Positions 46,214 to 56,118 of a stretch of 64,000 bases of DNA are shown piece by piece. The position numbers were made by a program, and so were the translations under genes. Source of the DNA: Escherichia phage JEP8; sequence record MT764208.1. One strand, given 5' to 3'. Numbering within the stretch: the stretch's first letter is position 1; every line of letters begins with the position of its first letter. Under the pieces are notes generated by a model. The model saw only the letters and a program-made list of their open reading frames with translations. It ran no database searches and was not told where the DNA came from.

Positions 46214-46472
46214 AAATCGCCCTCAGTTCTTTATAGCCTCCAATGTGCTCGTTGTCAATGAATATCTGGGGGTATACAAACCGGAGGCTCTTTGAGTTCA
46301 GCCTCCCCGCCAGTTCTTCAATCATATCACGGTCGGGAATAATGTCAACCCCGACCTGCTTGAATACTGGTTTAAGTGTATACGGAATACCCAGATCATC
46401 CAGTAGCTTCATTGCACTAATACAACCATAACAATGATAAGCCTCTTTAGGTATACCGTATATCTCGATCAT
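46203..46472 (-). CDS. nrdH: glutaredoxin-like protein (NrdH/NrdC family)
   Basis: CYGC active-site motif, YPQIFIDNEHIGGY; position next to nrdG/nrdD. Confidence 0.7.
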   Translation of the reverse strand: MIEIYGIPKEAYHCYGCISAMKLLDDLGIPYTLKPVFKQVGVDIIPDRDMIEELAGRLNSKSLRFVYPQIFIDNEHIGGYKELRAIYDY

Positions 46473-46945
46473 TTCTCAGCCTTTAATCTTTCTAGTTCTT
46501 CTTCCAGTTCCTTGATCCGTTGGTCACGTTCAAAGTCACGCTGTAACTTAGTGGCGAATACTCGTTTAAACTGATTGTAATCATCGATTTTAAACACTTC
46601 TTCTTCGCCATAGCGACGCACAGAAACTTCGTAGTTATTGAAGAATTGTTGCATCATTGCTTCGGATGATAGTTCTGCTGATACTACTTTAAAATATTGA
46701 TCTTCGGTAGGTGAAAACCAATTACAAGCATAAAGATAAACCTTTTCATTGTCTGGACACTGATAAGCCTTACCATCGATTTCAATCACAGAAACATATT
46801 CAGGTATACTGGATGAATCAATAGCTAAGACTTTAAACGCACGGTCCCCGATAAACTCGGAGATCACACGATTCGCATCACTGGTTGCAAATGCTTTACG
46901 CGCTTGTTCGTTTTTCCACTGATAGGTCATACCAACAACAAACAT
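46469..46945 (-). CDS. repeat-domain family protein (1 copy) with C-terminal coiled coil
   Basis: GMTYQWK..FKVL..IEIDG..W.. domain; ERDQRIKELEEELERLKAEK tail. Confidence 0.55.
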   Translation of the reverse strand: MFVVGMTYQWKNEQARKAFATSDANRVISEFIGDRAFKVLAIDSSSIPEYVSVIEIDGKAYQCPDNEKVYLYACNWFSPTEDQYFKVVSAELSSEAMMQQFFNNYEVSVRRYGEEEVFKIDDYNQFKRVFATKLQRDFERDQRIKELEEELERLKAEK

Positions 46946-46946
46946 A

Positions 46947-47771
46947 TTACCAACCTCGCTCTTTACCGATCAAAAATTCAACTTCACGACGTTTAATATC
47001 TTCTTGAAGGTCTTTAATCTTCTGGCGATCTTGCATGATTTCGTCCATCTTGTCAAGTGCTGTAATGAAATCATCGAAACGTTCAAAGGTTTTACCTTCA
47101 TTTGCTTCGCCAAATTTAACCATTGTCAGGCCGTAACGACTACTAAACAGACGTTTCAACTGTCCAACGATCTTAGAATCAGTAGTGACGACTTCCAATT
47201 CTTCTACTTCTTGAAAGAATTTTCTATCAGAATCAATAAACCAGCTAATTCCTTTATGGTCTTTATCTTCGGTTGCACTCATTAGAGTATGGTCTTTACC
47301 ATCAATTTCAATTACATCAATTTGCCCACATGGACTAACCTTTTTAACAGTAAAAGGTCTATAATTTATTGCTCGTGCAATAACATAATTAAGGTTTGAT
47401 ACGTTTTCAGCATAATGGCAGAAGTCGGTCATAGCATTCGCATCTTTCCAAGTATAAGTTTTACCAACTTCCCATTTCTGGGGAACTTCTTCGACTTCAC
47501 GAAAGAATTTTCTATCGAATGGACTAAAGAAATATGTTGCAGTCCAAATGTCTTTTCCTGTAGCAGTTTTCGCCGTATGATAAACACCGTCTAGCTCTAT
47601 TGCATCAATCCAACCGTTACCCTCGATCTCGATGATGGTAAATGGCTTGTCACCAATAGCTGCACTAATATCGCTGTTAAGTGGAGAAAGAACACCTTCT
47701 CCGTTAGTAATAAACTCAGTTTTAGCGTTTTCGTCTTTCCAAGTGTAAGTTTTACCAATTTCCCATTTCAT
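46947..47771 (-). CDS. repeat-domain family protein (2 copies) with C-terminal coiled coil
   Basis: MKWEIGKTYTWKD.. and QKWEVGKTYTWKD.. internal duplication, each ending DRKFF.EV. Confidence 0.55.
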   Translation of the reverse strand: MKWEIGKTYTWKDENAKTEFITNGEGVLSPLNSDISAAIGDKPFTIIEIEGNGWIDAIELDGVYHTAKTATGKDIWTATYFFSPFDRKFFREVEEVPQKWEVGKTYTWKDANAMTDFCHYAENVSNLNYVIARAINYRPFTVKKVSPCGQIDVIEIDGKDHTLMSATEDKDHKGISWFIDSDRKFFQEVEELEVVTTDSKIVGQLKRLFSSRYGLTMVKFGEANEGKTFERFDDFITALDKMDEIMQDRQKIKDLQEDIKRREVEFLIGKERGW

Positions 47772-47783
47772 AATATATTCCCC

Positions 47784-48269
47784 TTAACCGATTTTATCAA
47801 GTTCGTTTAATGCTTTCTCTGCTTCCTGTATAGCTTGCACTCTTTCCGGCATTTTGTCAAGAAAATCTTTCAACTCTTCAAAACTGGAGATATGACGCAA
47901 GGCATTAGCACCGATAGCCGCATGTGATTTGCATTCAAAGCGGATTTTATAATTATCCATAGCCAATTTGAGAAGATCAATTAGATCATGTTCATGACCA
48001 GGCAATAAAACTTCTTTGAAGCACGCTCGGTCGTCATCGGAAAACCATATATTATCACCAACATCGATAGAACTAATATAATCCCCTTCGTGATTATAGA
48101 TTGAACGTACATTACCCCAACGGTCTACCGTAGCGACAGTAAATGGTTTATCTAGATATGTAAACACACCATCAATATTAGGTTTTTGTTCGTAACGCCA
48201 ACAATCACGCAAAATACGCTTTTCGTCCTCACCAACCAACTTATATGTCTTCCCTTCTTCCCATTTCAT
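47784..48269 (-). CDS. repeat-domain family protein (1 copy)
   Basis: MKWEEGKTYKL..; trimmed to the ATG matching family N-termini. Confidence 0.55.
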   Translation of the reverse strand: MKWEEGKTYKLVGEDEKRILRDCWRYEQKPNIDGVFTYLDKPFTVATVDRWGNVRSIYNHEGDYISSIDVGDNIWFSDDDRACFKEVLLPGHEHDLIDLLKLAMDNYKIRFECKSHAAIGANALRHISSFEELKDFLDKMPERVQAIQEAEKALNELDKIG

Positions 48270-48273
48270 AATA

Positions 48274-48801
48274 TCATCTCTCATTTTTGATACGTGATTC
48301 TAATTGGATCATACGGTCGCGCGTTTGCTTATATTCGCGGATAGCACCGATTCGGCTAGGCATACCATCCAGTACGCTCTTAATACCTTCTAGGGTAGTG
48401 ATTTTAGCAATGCTATTATGCAATCCTGTCTTATCGATCAACTGAATGTCGTAGGCTTCCATAAGCAGACCCAGACGTTCTAAAGTTAGGTCTTCTTCTT
48501 TTTCTTCCGATTCTGGAATCTTAGGTTCAATAGTAACTTCGGTAAAGAAACGACGCTCACCAGCCCAAAACCACACACCGGAACAGCCAATAGGGGATTC
48601 TTTTAACGTCATAGAGTCGAAATCACTACCAATAATAGTAATTTCTCTAACATCACCATCATCGTCAATGTCTTCTACCATAAACGGGCGACCAGCCAAC
48701 AAGTCCACAATACATCTGTTAATAGACGACGAAAATTTAGTCAGTTCGGCTTTCGACGCTTCGCATTCAATCTTGTAAGTTTTACCAACTTCCCATTCCA
48801 T
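48274..48801 (-). CDS. repeat-domain family protein (1 copy) with C-terminal coiled coil
   Basis: MEWEVGKTYKI.. after GAGGTGA; ERRFFTEV. Confidence 0.55.
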   Translation of the reverse strand: MEWEVGKTYKIECEASKAELTKFSSSINRCIVDLLAGRPFMVEDIDDDGDVREITIIGSDFDSMTLKESPIGCSGVWFWAGERRFFTEVTIEPKIPESEEKEEDLTLERLGLLMEAYDIQLIDKTGLHNSIAKITTLEGIKSVLDGMPSRIGAIREYKQTRDRMIQLESRIKNER

Positions 48802-48811
48802 AATAATCACC

Positions 48812-49315
48812 TCAAATAATTTTCACTGGAATACTATTAACAATCTTGTATTGTACTTGATTGTCAGACCCCCGCCACGGCTTCTTCGTTGGCATATCTT
48901 TAATATAACGCCCATCGATGAACATGTCAACTGATTCTACAATTTTTCTTTGCTCATCATTCAATTGGTCAAGGGTATAACCGGACCATAGCCAAATATC
49001 TTTATTTGGCATCCATGATTTTACTTCATCGATGATCCGCTGTACACCCTTTAAATTGCGTTTATACAGTGGATCGCCACCTAAGAATGTTAGCCCCTGA
49101 ATAAAATCAGGACTAAGCAGATCCAGAATCAATCCCATTGTATCATCGGTGAATGGTTCCCCGTTCTTAGGATTGAGTATACTGGAATTAAAACAACCAT
49201 CACATGCGTGTGAACATCCGGTAACGTAAAGGGAGACTCTCACTCCCTCACCGTTAACCATATCACAATCTTTAATATCGGCATAGCGTAGTTTGCCGTA
49301 TGTATCAGAACTCAT
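48812..49315 (-). CDS. nrdG: anaerobic ribonucleotide reductase activating protein NrdG (radical SAM)
   Basis: D.VNG.G.RV.L.VTGC.H.C.GC.N, GLT..GGDPLY, DIWLW.GY, KPWRGSDNQ match recalled T4 NrdG. Confidence 0.85.
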   Translation of the reverse strand: MSSDTYGKLRYADIKDCDMVNGEGVRVSLYVTGCSHACDGCFNSSILNPKNGEPFTDDTMGLILDLLSPDFIQGLTFLGGDPLYKRNLKGVQRIIDEVKSWMPNKDIWLWSGYTLDQLNDEQRKIVESVDMFIDGRYIKDMPTKKPWRGSDNQVQYKIVNSIPVKII

Positions 49316-49532
49316 ATTCAATTACCCCGAACTCGTTTACAATCTGCGCTTTATAGTAACCACCGCGAGATGCCAATAGATAAGCTGGTCTTAGGTATTC
49401 GTATTCACGGATTTCTACTTGTGCGTTTTCAGTTTCCCAAATCAGTAAAGTCCACATATTTGATTCTCCTGTAAAGTTGTATCTCGTCTTGATGAATATA
49501 GTATAGGGGATCTCGCGATCCCCGTCAAGAAT

Positions 49533-50075
49533 TTATTTTAAATTTTTTCGAATGTATTCAGACCATTCCTTCCCTGTCATTTCGGACCCGTTCTGGAAAC
49601 TGAAATATTCATAAGGCATCGAGTCAAGATAAAACAGGATCATACATCGCGCCATATAATACCAATCACGATTAAAGTAAACTACGTTATCACCAGTGCC
49701 ATCAACCCCTTTATCATAACCATCGCGGGTACGGGCTACCCATTGAATAGTATCAGTTTTCTCACGGATAGTAACAGGTTCCCAATATCCAGCACATCCA
49801 GCATGACCACACGAACAAGTAAGGAAGTATTGGCCTTTTGCTTTGTTGTCATCCCATTCACGATGGATTGGTTCGACCTCGTGAAACAGTACCAAACAAT
49901 CATGATTATGCAACACTGGCTTACCATCAATCAATGCATGGAATGTATACAAACGACCAGTAGACAAATAGCTATCCTCACGCTCAACCAGTTCAATAGC
50001 AATCTTTTTAGCTCGTTCTTTGTGTCGTTGTGCTTTACGCTTACGGTTTAATGATTTCATATTCACCTCACACAT
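49533..50075 (-). CDS. hypothetical Cys-rich protein (180 aa)
   Basis: Start coupled to upstream stop; CSCGHAGCAGYW. Confidence 0.5.
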   Translation of the reverse strand: MCEVNMKSLNRKRKAQRHKERAKKIAIELVEREDSYLSTGRLYTFHALIDGKPVLHNHDCLVLFHEVEPIHREWDDNKAKGQYFLTCSCGHAGCAGYWEPVTIREKTDTIQWVARTRDGYDKGVDGTGDNVVYFNRDWYYMARCMILFYLDSMPYEYFSFQNGSEMTGKEWSEYIRKNLK

Positions 50076-50077
50076 TA

Positions 50078-50620
50078 TCAAAGGTCGCGATATAGTACAT
50101 TATGAAAATGAGAACTTGCATTACCAATATTGTAGATAATAAATTCTTCATCCGGCGCTTGCGCTACAAATTGAGTATGAGCAACCGCCACAACCTTAAA
50201 AATACGATCCGTGATCTTGTGTTTAATTTCTGCCCCTACTTCCATAGGAACATATTCATTTGTTTCTGTTTCAGTCGCAAAACAGCCATCTTCTTCATAA
50301 GCACGAACAAATCGGTCGCAATCAGTACGCTTAACAAATTCAAGAGTATATAATTCTCGTGAATTGTCGGTATAGACCAATACAGAATTATTATGATAGC
50401 GAATCACATACAGGTTATTATCATCGTCAATTACGCAAAAGCTACGGATTCCTTCGCCTTGACTCCAGCAGATATTAACCACCGTTCCTCTAATAAAAAA
50501 ACTTTCCTTTAAATTAAAACTAGTCAATGTGCTAGCGTGCATTTTAACAACAACACCATCGCCAATTTCCAGTTTACGAAGTTTAACTTCTTTGCTCAGT
50601 ACACAAAACATCATCATCAT
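50078..50620 (-). CDS. hypothetical protein (about 180 aa)
   Basis: GAGAGGA Shine-Dalgarno before a run of ATG codons. Confidence 0.5.
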   Translation of the reverse strand: MMMMFCVLSKEVKLRKLEIGDGVVVKMHASTLTSFNLKESFFIRGTVVNICWSQGEGIRSFCVIDDDNNLYVIRYHNNSVLVYTDNSRELYTLEFVKRTDCDRFVRAYEEDGCFATETETNEYVPMEVGAEIKHKITDRIFKVVAVAHTQFVAQAPDEEFIIYNIGNASSHFHNVLYRDL

Positions 50621-50649
50621 GTTGTCCTCTCGTTGTTTTCGATGTGAGC

Positions 50650-50677
50650 ATTATACATTAGCTAATCAAGTTGTCAA
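50650..50677 (-). promoter_or_regulatory. sigma70-like early promoter (-35 TTGACA, -10 TATAAT)
   Basis: 16 nt spacer; downstream of the nrdD terminator. Confidence 0.45.
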
Positions 50678-50683
50678 CACCCC

Positions 50684-50715
50684 AAAACGAAAAAGCCGAC
50701 CCTTTCGGATCGGCT
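50684..50715 (-). terminator. rho-independent terminator after nrdD
   Basis: GCCGACCC-TTTC-GGATCGGC hairpin followed by TTTTTCGTTTT on the - strand. Confidence 0.5.
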
Positions 50716-50720
50716 GAAAA

Positions 50721-52583
50721 TTACATGTGCTTAACGCGGTTTACCATCTCGGAGTGTTTCCCGTGGTTAAATGGACGCAGATCAACAGATCCAAGATATC
50801 CACTAACGCGACGGATAACATTCATCTTTTCCAGATTGTCATTGCCGCAATCAGGGCAAACAAAACCAGACTCGGTCGCTCTCATTTCCTTATTAGATCC
50901 ACATACATGACATACATCAGAAGGAGTATTAACACCGAAGTAGTGCAATTTATCCATTGCATAGTCTACTACAGTTTCAAGACCTTTCAGGTTGTTTTTC
51001 ATGTCTGGGAACTCAACATAAGAGATCATGCCACCGGACGCCAGCCAGTGATAATCTTTCTCAAAGTCGATTTTCTCAAATGGTGTGACTTTCCGGTCTA
51101 CGTCAAGGTGGAATGAGTTGGTGTACCAGTCTTTATCGGTAGCACCCTTAACAATACCAAATTGCTCTCTGTCCAGTCGATTAAATCGATAGCAAAGGCT
51201 CTCGGCTGGCGTACCGTAAAGACTAAACCCAAGTCCGGTTTCATCCTTCCATTTTTCAGTATAATGACGCAAGATCTTAAGAATATGTTTACCGTATCGC
51301 TGCGCATCTTCCGAATCAAACGGATGAACACCAAACAGGACGCTCAATACCTCATGTAAACCAATATATCCAAGAGAGATACTAGCGCGACCATCTTTCA
51401 ACACTTCCAAAATTTCATCGTTTTGATGAATACGGAAAAATGCACCTTCTGTATACAGCACCGGAGCAACATTGGCTTTAGCGCCTTTTAAAGCGTCTAC
51501 GCGACTCATGAGCGCATCAAAGCAAATAGGCATACGATTGGCTAGCTCTTGTTCGAATAGCTCAATTCTGCGCATTACAGACGCTTTACCAGCACGACGC
51601 GCGGCAATAAGGGCAATACGCGGAAGATTCAGAGTCACAACACCTAAGTTATTACGTCCGTCTAATACTTCTTCTCCTTTCTCATTATGCCACACACCCA
51701 GGAAGCTACGACAACCCATCGGGCTAACCGGAACACTAGATCCGGTGATACTACGGTTATTCTTCGCAGAGATATAATCAGGGTAAAGACGCTTACTAGA
51801 ACATTCCAATGCAAGTTGCTTAATGTCGTAGTTCGGATCTTCCGGTTTAAGGTTTAATCCTTCTTCTAAGAACATCACCAGCTTAGGAAACACCGGAGTG
51901 ATACCATCTTTACCTAAACCTTTAGTTCGAACGTTCAGGATCGCTTTCTGAATCAGTTTTTCTTCCCAGCTAGTACCCATACCAAAGGTTAAAGTCACAA
52001 AAGGCGTTTGACCGTTGGTGGAGAACAAAGTGTTGATTTCATATTCCAACGCTTGATACCCGTCTAAAGTTTCTTTTTCTGTCTTCTCTTGTGCATAGAG
52101 AGTATCAGCTTTGATTCCGTAGGTTTCGGCATCAGCAAGGTGTTTATGATATGTTTTCTCAACATACGGTGCTAACACCTGATCGATGTTTGCGATTGTG
52201 GTCCCTCCATATTGATGACTTGCCACCTGTGCGATAATTTGAGCGGTCACAGCACATGCAACACCGATCGATTTAGGACTTTCGATTTGTGCGCTACCCA
52301 ATTTAAAACCATTCTCTAACATGTCTTTGAGATTAACAAGACAGCAGTTAGTAAACGGCATAGCGGGTGCATAATCCATATCATGATAATGAATATCACC
52401 GTCTACATGCGCTTTATAGATGTGCTCAGGTAACACGGTTTTAGCAATCTGTTTAGACACAGCACCAGCAATCAGATCTCGACGTGTCGGGAATGTTCGC
52501 GCGTCTTTGTTCGCGTTCTCTTTACTTACTTCGTTTTCTTTACCCGTTGCGATCTCTGTAATGTCTTTGATTAGTTTTTCCAT
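50721..52583 (-). CDS. nrdD: anaerobic ribonucleoside-triphosphate reductase NrdD (glycyl radical enzyme), uninterrupted
   Basis: Extensive blocks match recalled T4 NrdD incl. NANKD.R.FPT.RDL, PFTNCCLV.LK.MLENGFKLG.AQIE.PKSIG, C-terminal CxxC zinc ribbon and glycyl-radical RVSGYLG. Confidence 0.9.
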   Translation of the reverse strand: MEKLIKDITEIATGKENEVSKENANKDARTFPTRRDLIAGAVSKQIAKTVLPEHIYKAHVDGDIHYHDMDYAPAMPFTNCCLVNLKDMLENGFKLGSAQIESPKSIGVACAVTAQIIAQVASHQYGGTTIANIDQVLAPYVEKTYHKHLADAETYGIKADTLYAQEKTEKETLDGYQALEYEINTLFSTNGQTPFVTLTFGMGTSWEEKLIQKAILNVRTKGLGKDGITPVFPKLVMFLEEGLNLKPEDPNYDIKQLALECSSKRLYPDYISAKNNRSITGSSVPVSPMGCRSFLGVWHNEKGEEVLDGRNNLGVVTLNLPRIALIAARRAGKASVMRRIELFEQELANRMPICFDALMSRVDALKGAKANVAPVLYTEGAFFRIHQNDEILEVLKDGRASISLGYIGLHEVLSVLFGVHPFDSEDAQRYGKHILKILRHYTEKWKDETGLGFSLYGTPAESLCYRFNRLDREQFGIVKGATDKDWYTNSFHLDVDRKVTPFEKIDFEKDYHWLASGGMISYVEFPDMKNNLKGLETVVDYAMDKLHYFGVNTPSDVCHVCGSNKEMRATESGFVCPDCGNDNLEKMNVIRRVSGYLGSVDLRPFNHGKHSEMVNRVKHM

Positions 52584-52596
52584 TGTATCACCTATG

Positions 52597-52619
52597 AAAA
52601 AGCGGGATTTTCTCCCGCT
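52597..52619 (-). terminator. hairpin AGCGGGA..TCCCGCT plus T-run upstream of the nrdD ribosome-binding site
   Basis: 7 bp stem; terminates transcripts from 52630-53124. Confidence 0.4.
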
Positions 52620-52629
52620 CGTTGATAGT

Positions 52630-53124
52630 TTATTTTACCAGTTCTGCTAATTCTTTTTCTTTAGCTTCCAGTTCAGCTTTAAGCTGTTTAATCTCTTGTC
52701 GCTTCTTATTAGCGGCTTCCTGCTTACTATTGCGGATAATCTGATCTAGATACAACTCCCAATCCTGAATATTTTTGATAATATAACCGTCAACATTAAT
52801 TGGTCGGATATTTAGTACAGCTTCCAGTTTAGTCGCAAAAACTTTAATTGCTGGTGTGAAGTATTCATATTCGTTATCTTCAAACCAATAACCTAGACTT
52901 GCATTCTCAATACGAAGACGAAGTTCAAGATCAAGGTCTTTATCTTCGGTGTAAAGATCTTGCACATGCCCCATCGAACTAACAACAACTTTAAAACGAA
53001 TTTTATCAACACCACCAAACACATCAGTAAGGATACCAGCAATTGAGCTATTAGCGCAAGATTGGTCGCTGAATGCGTCAAGGTTTTCTTTAGTTACAGT
53101 ATACCAAACATCTTGTACCCACAT
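52630..53124 (-). CDS. hypothetical protein (164 aa) with C-terminal coiled coil
   Basis: GAGAGGA Shine-Dalgarno; KQLKAELEAKEKELAELVK tail. Confidence 0.5.
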   Translation of the reverse strand: MWVQDVWYTVTKENLDAFSDQSCANSSIAGILTDVFGGVDKIRFKVVVSSMGHVQDLYTEDKDLDLELRLRIENASLGYWFEDNEYEYFTPAIKVFATKLEAVLNIRPINVDGYIIKNIQDWELYLDQIIRNSKQEAANKKRQEIKQLKAELEAKEKELAELVK

Positions 53125-53178
53125 AATATAATCCTCTCGTTGTTAAGTGGGAGTATTATAGCATACTCCCTTCGCATG

Positions 53179-54357
53179 TCAAGCACTAACTTTTTTCTTT
53201 ACTGCTTTCACCTTCTGGCGAATTGCTCGAATCTCTTCGATCTCTTTTTCAGTCTCTTTAACAATTTCTTTGCGATTCTGAATATCTGTATCGAGATTAT
53301 CATCAAGTTTAGGCAGCATGTCAATCAAGAACTTTTTAAAGTCTTTCAGGTTTCGGATAACAGCACCTTCACCCATTACCGCCACCCCTACACCATCCGG
53401 CAGATCACCAAACAGCTTAACCAGTTCAGACAGATGATCATGATCTTCTAGTGCTTCTTCCGGTTCAGATGGCAGTTCAACAAAGTTATAACGTTCATCA
53501 TTGCTGATCAAGTGATACCAGCAAAGCCCAAAAGATTTAGGAGTATATTCTACACCATCAACTTCAACCGCGTCAACACTTCCGAAAGAATCTACTTTAG
53601 TTGCCTTAAATCCGTGTTCCAGCTTTTGAACAATTTCAATAACATGACTGGATACGGTTTCCGTATTAAACCAATGAGGCAAATTATGTGGATTTGGCTT
53701 GTAGCGTTCGCCTACTTTAAATCTCTGACCACGCTCTTGCATACGGACATATTCAACTCGCGTGATTTCCGCGAAGTATTCAAATTCGCCACCGTCAAAC
53801 ACACAAGCCCATTGATCACAAAAACGATCTGCCTTAACAGTTTCACCTTTCGCGGTGATCATGGTAGCTGATCCGTGCAATTCTTCTTCAACTAAAAAGC
53901 CATATTCGACAAAATCAACAAGTTTCATAGCTTCTTTGTGATCTGGATCATGCTCTCCCCAGAATCGCTTAAATTCTTGCAAACCTTCTGGGGTAAACGA
54001 ATAACATTTACCTTTTTCAAAGTAAGTCGGCATTGCATCCTCTTTCTTGTTCATCGCTTCGTATGCCTCTTTTGAGATGCGTTTAAAGTATTTACGCTCA
54101 TTGTGCATAATCATAGTAGCCCAATAATCAACAATATCATTAGCGGAATAAACTACATCTCCAGCTTCAATAGTAATAACATGACCGTGGTCATCTTTTT
54201 CTAATACTTTAAAGCCCTTTTCTACGATTTCAGCAACCCGAATATGACCACGGCGCGAAGCATCGGTCAGAATAATTGAATAGCGAGAAAAGTCTAGAAA
54301 CTCATCTTTACCACCTTCACGGAATGCATAGTAATGACCTTCAAAGAATTTAGCCAT
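53179..54357 (-). CDS. repeat-domain family protein (about 3 copies, 392 aa) with C-terminal coiled coil
   Basis: Three modules each ending ERKYF/FEYF/ERYNF; GAGAGGA Shine-Dalgarno. Confidence 0.55.
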   Translation of the reverse strand: MAKFFEGHYYAFREGGKDEFLDFSRYSIILTDASRRGHIRVAEIVEKGFKVLEKDDHGHVITIEAGDVVYSANDIVDYWATMIMHNERKYFKRISKEAYEAMNKKEDAMPTYFEKGKCYSFTPEGLQEFKRFWGEHDPDHKEAMKLVDFVEYGFLVEEELHGSATMITAKGETVKADRFCDQWACVFDGGEFEYFAEITRVEYVRMQERGQRFKVGERYKPNPHNLPHWFNTETVSSHVIEIVQKLEHGFKATKVDSFGSVDAVEVDGVEYTPKSFGLCWYHLISNDERYNFVELPSEPEEALEDHDHLSELVKLFGDLPDGVGVAVMGEGAVIRNLKDFKKFLIDMLPKLDDNLDTDIQNRKEIVKETEKEIEEIRAIRQKVKAVKKKVSA

Positions 54358-54413
54358 AATATAATCCTCTCGTTGTTTAGATGTGAGTATCTTACTACTC
54401 CCGTTTCATCATG

Positions 54414-54980
54414 TCAAGCGTTAAATGACTTTTGGATCTCTTTCAGTTCAGCTACTTTATCGGCGCTGAATTTAGCGTAGGTATCATGTCGAATAATTTC
54501 ACTTTCAAGAAAGGTTTCCAGCCGAGATCTATTTTCAATAAGGAACTCTTTCAGGTCTTCCGCGTTCTTGATAAAGATTTTATTGTCAGTAATGTCATCT
54601 TCAATCGCAAAGGAGATAGAGCGAACTTTACCAAACAAGTTAATCAGATCTTCCAGAGATTCTTCTTTCTTAACTGGTTTCATTTCTTCAAACTGCTTTT
54701 TAGTGATGCGTTTAAAGTATTTGCGCTCGCTTGCATCAATCATGATTGACGCACCCTCATAATCATGAGTTTCTACCAAATACACTTTACCCATAACATT
54801 AACCGTAAGAACTTTAAAGCCCCTGTGAAGCACACCATACAGGAACTTGTTATGTTGTGGATAGCGTTTAACAAATTCCTCTGCGGACTCAGCATTACGG
54901 AAAGTGTAATAACGACCTCGTTCAAAAACAGCATCATTTGAAGACTTAGCTGGATACAATTTATACGTTTTCTGTACCAT
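54414..54980 (-). CDS. repeat-domain family protein (188 aa)
   Basis: VQKTYKLY..GFKVL..ERKYFKRI; trimmed to ATG after AGAGGA. Confidence 0.5.
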   Translation of the reverse strand: MVQKTYKLYPAKSSNDAVFERGRYYTFRNAESAEEFVKRYPQHNKFLYGVLHRGFKVLTVNVMGKVYLVETHDYEGASIMIDASERKYFKRITKKQFEEMKPVKKEESLEDLINLFGKVRSISFAIEDDITDNKIFIKNAEDLKEFLIENRSRLETFLESEIIRHDTYAKFSADKVAELKEIQKSFNA

Positions 54981-54994
54981 AATATAATCCTCTA

Positions 54995-55267
54995 TCATTT
55001 CACTAATTGAACAGCACGGAACAGAATGCGCTCACACGGAAGCAGCATAAATTCCCAACGCGGATCAAAGTCTTTAGCGGTGTATGTTTTCCCATCAACC
55101 GAGATTTCACTTACATAACCAACAGGTGACACTTTAAGAACAGTAAATCCATTCTTGATGACTTCGTAGGTATCTTTCACTCCTTCGTATTCATCATCTA
55201 AGAAGTCTTTACGTGCTTGCTCAGATTTAAAAACATAGGCAACACCGGATTTAAACATCTTACGCAT
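54995..55267 (-). CDS. repeat-domain family protein (90 aa)
   Basis: Trimmed to ATG after AAGGAGA; GFTVLKV..VDGKTY. Confidence 0.5.
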   Translation of the reverse strand: MRKMFKSGVAYVFKSEQARKDFLDDEYEGVKDTYEVIKNGFTVLKVSPVGYVSEISVDGKTYTAKDFDPRWEFMLLPCERILFRAVQLVK

Positions 55268-55330
55268 TGTTGATTCTCCTTCTTGATTAGATGGGAGCAT
55301 TTTACTACTCCCATTTCTTATTGTCAACTA

Positions 55331-55804
55331 CTATCTTAAACTTTTTATGAATTGTTTCTTATACTTCTTCGTGATCTCTTCTCTTGTATCAGCGTCGCAG
55401 TAATCGAAACCTTCTGCGTCCATAATAGCAACCATCTCCGCGCGGGTCAAGCGTGAAAATAGTTTTACTTTATCAACGGCATATTGAGGATGTAAATGAT
55501 TGTTGGTGTAGTCTCCTTTGATGTAATTAACATAGTTTGTAGCCCAAACAACGAAATCAGCACCTAAAGCACCAACACCAAACCGCTTAAAGTCTCCGGT
55601 CAACGATCCTTCTAGGCGGTTGCAACACGAATGAAGCAATCCCCTTACGCGGCCTTGCCCTTTCCCATCTAGATCATGATCATGGTCAAGATGGTTTTTG
55701 CTCATATCCTCAAAAAGTGGCAATTGACAAAGGGGGCAAATGCCCCCCTGTTTTTCGAATAGTTCTTGTTTGTACTCTTTAGCACTCTTAGCAGTCAGTA
55801 ACAT
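55331..55804 (-). CDS. 49: recombination endonuclease VII gp49 (157 aa)
   Basis: C.LC, NHLDHDH, RGLL..CN..EG, NY..Y.K.DYT.N..HP, FSRL...EM, KKQ..KSL match recalled T4 endo VII; same length. Confidence 0.85.
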   Translation of the reverse strand: MLLTAKSAKEYKQELFEKQGGICPLCQLPLFEDMSKNHLDHDHDLDGKGQGRVRGLLHSCCNRLEGSLTGDFKRFGVGALGADFVVWATNYVNYIKGDYTNNHLHPQYAVDKVKLFSRLTRAEMVAIMDAEGFDYCDADTREEITKKYKKQFIKSLR

Positions 55805-55828
55805 AAATTCACCCTCCAAAGAAGGTAT

Positions 55829-56110
55829 TTAACCATTAATCTTGTTTTTGACTACAAAGGATCTGAACTCATCAAAACCACCTATATAATCACCATTATA
55901 GAAAATCTGCGGCATGGTGGCAATAACTTCTACCCCTGAGCGATCCTGAATGTCGGCAATGATAGAATCAATCTTTACCGGACGACCGTTTTCGTCTACA
56001 CCATCATTAACCGGAATGTAGATGTAAGGGATCTTACGCGATTCACAAAGGCGCTTTGCATTCTGGCAATACTTACAGTTGTAACCTTCAAAACCAAAAA
56101 TTTCTACCAT
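55829..56110 (-). CDS. nrdC: glutaredoxin NrdC-like
   Basis: CKYCQNAKRL active-site region, MPQIFYNGDYIGGFDEFRSF; aligns with recalled T4 NrdC. Confidence 0.7.
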   Translation of the reverse strand: MVEIFGFEGYNCKYCQNAKRLCESRKIPYIYIPVNDGVDENGRPVKIDSIIADIQDRSGVEVIATMPQIFYNGDYIGGFDEFRSFVVKNKING

Positions 56111-56118
56111 GTTATACC

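Noticed and set aside
49316-49460. Possible 50 aa GTG-initiated ORF upstream of nrdG
   Set aside because: Only a GTG start, overlaps the nrdG start, and an ATG in the adjacent frame gives just 13 aa; insufficient support.
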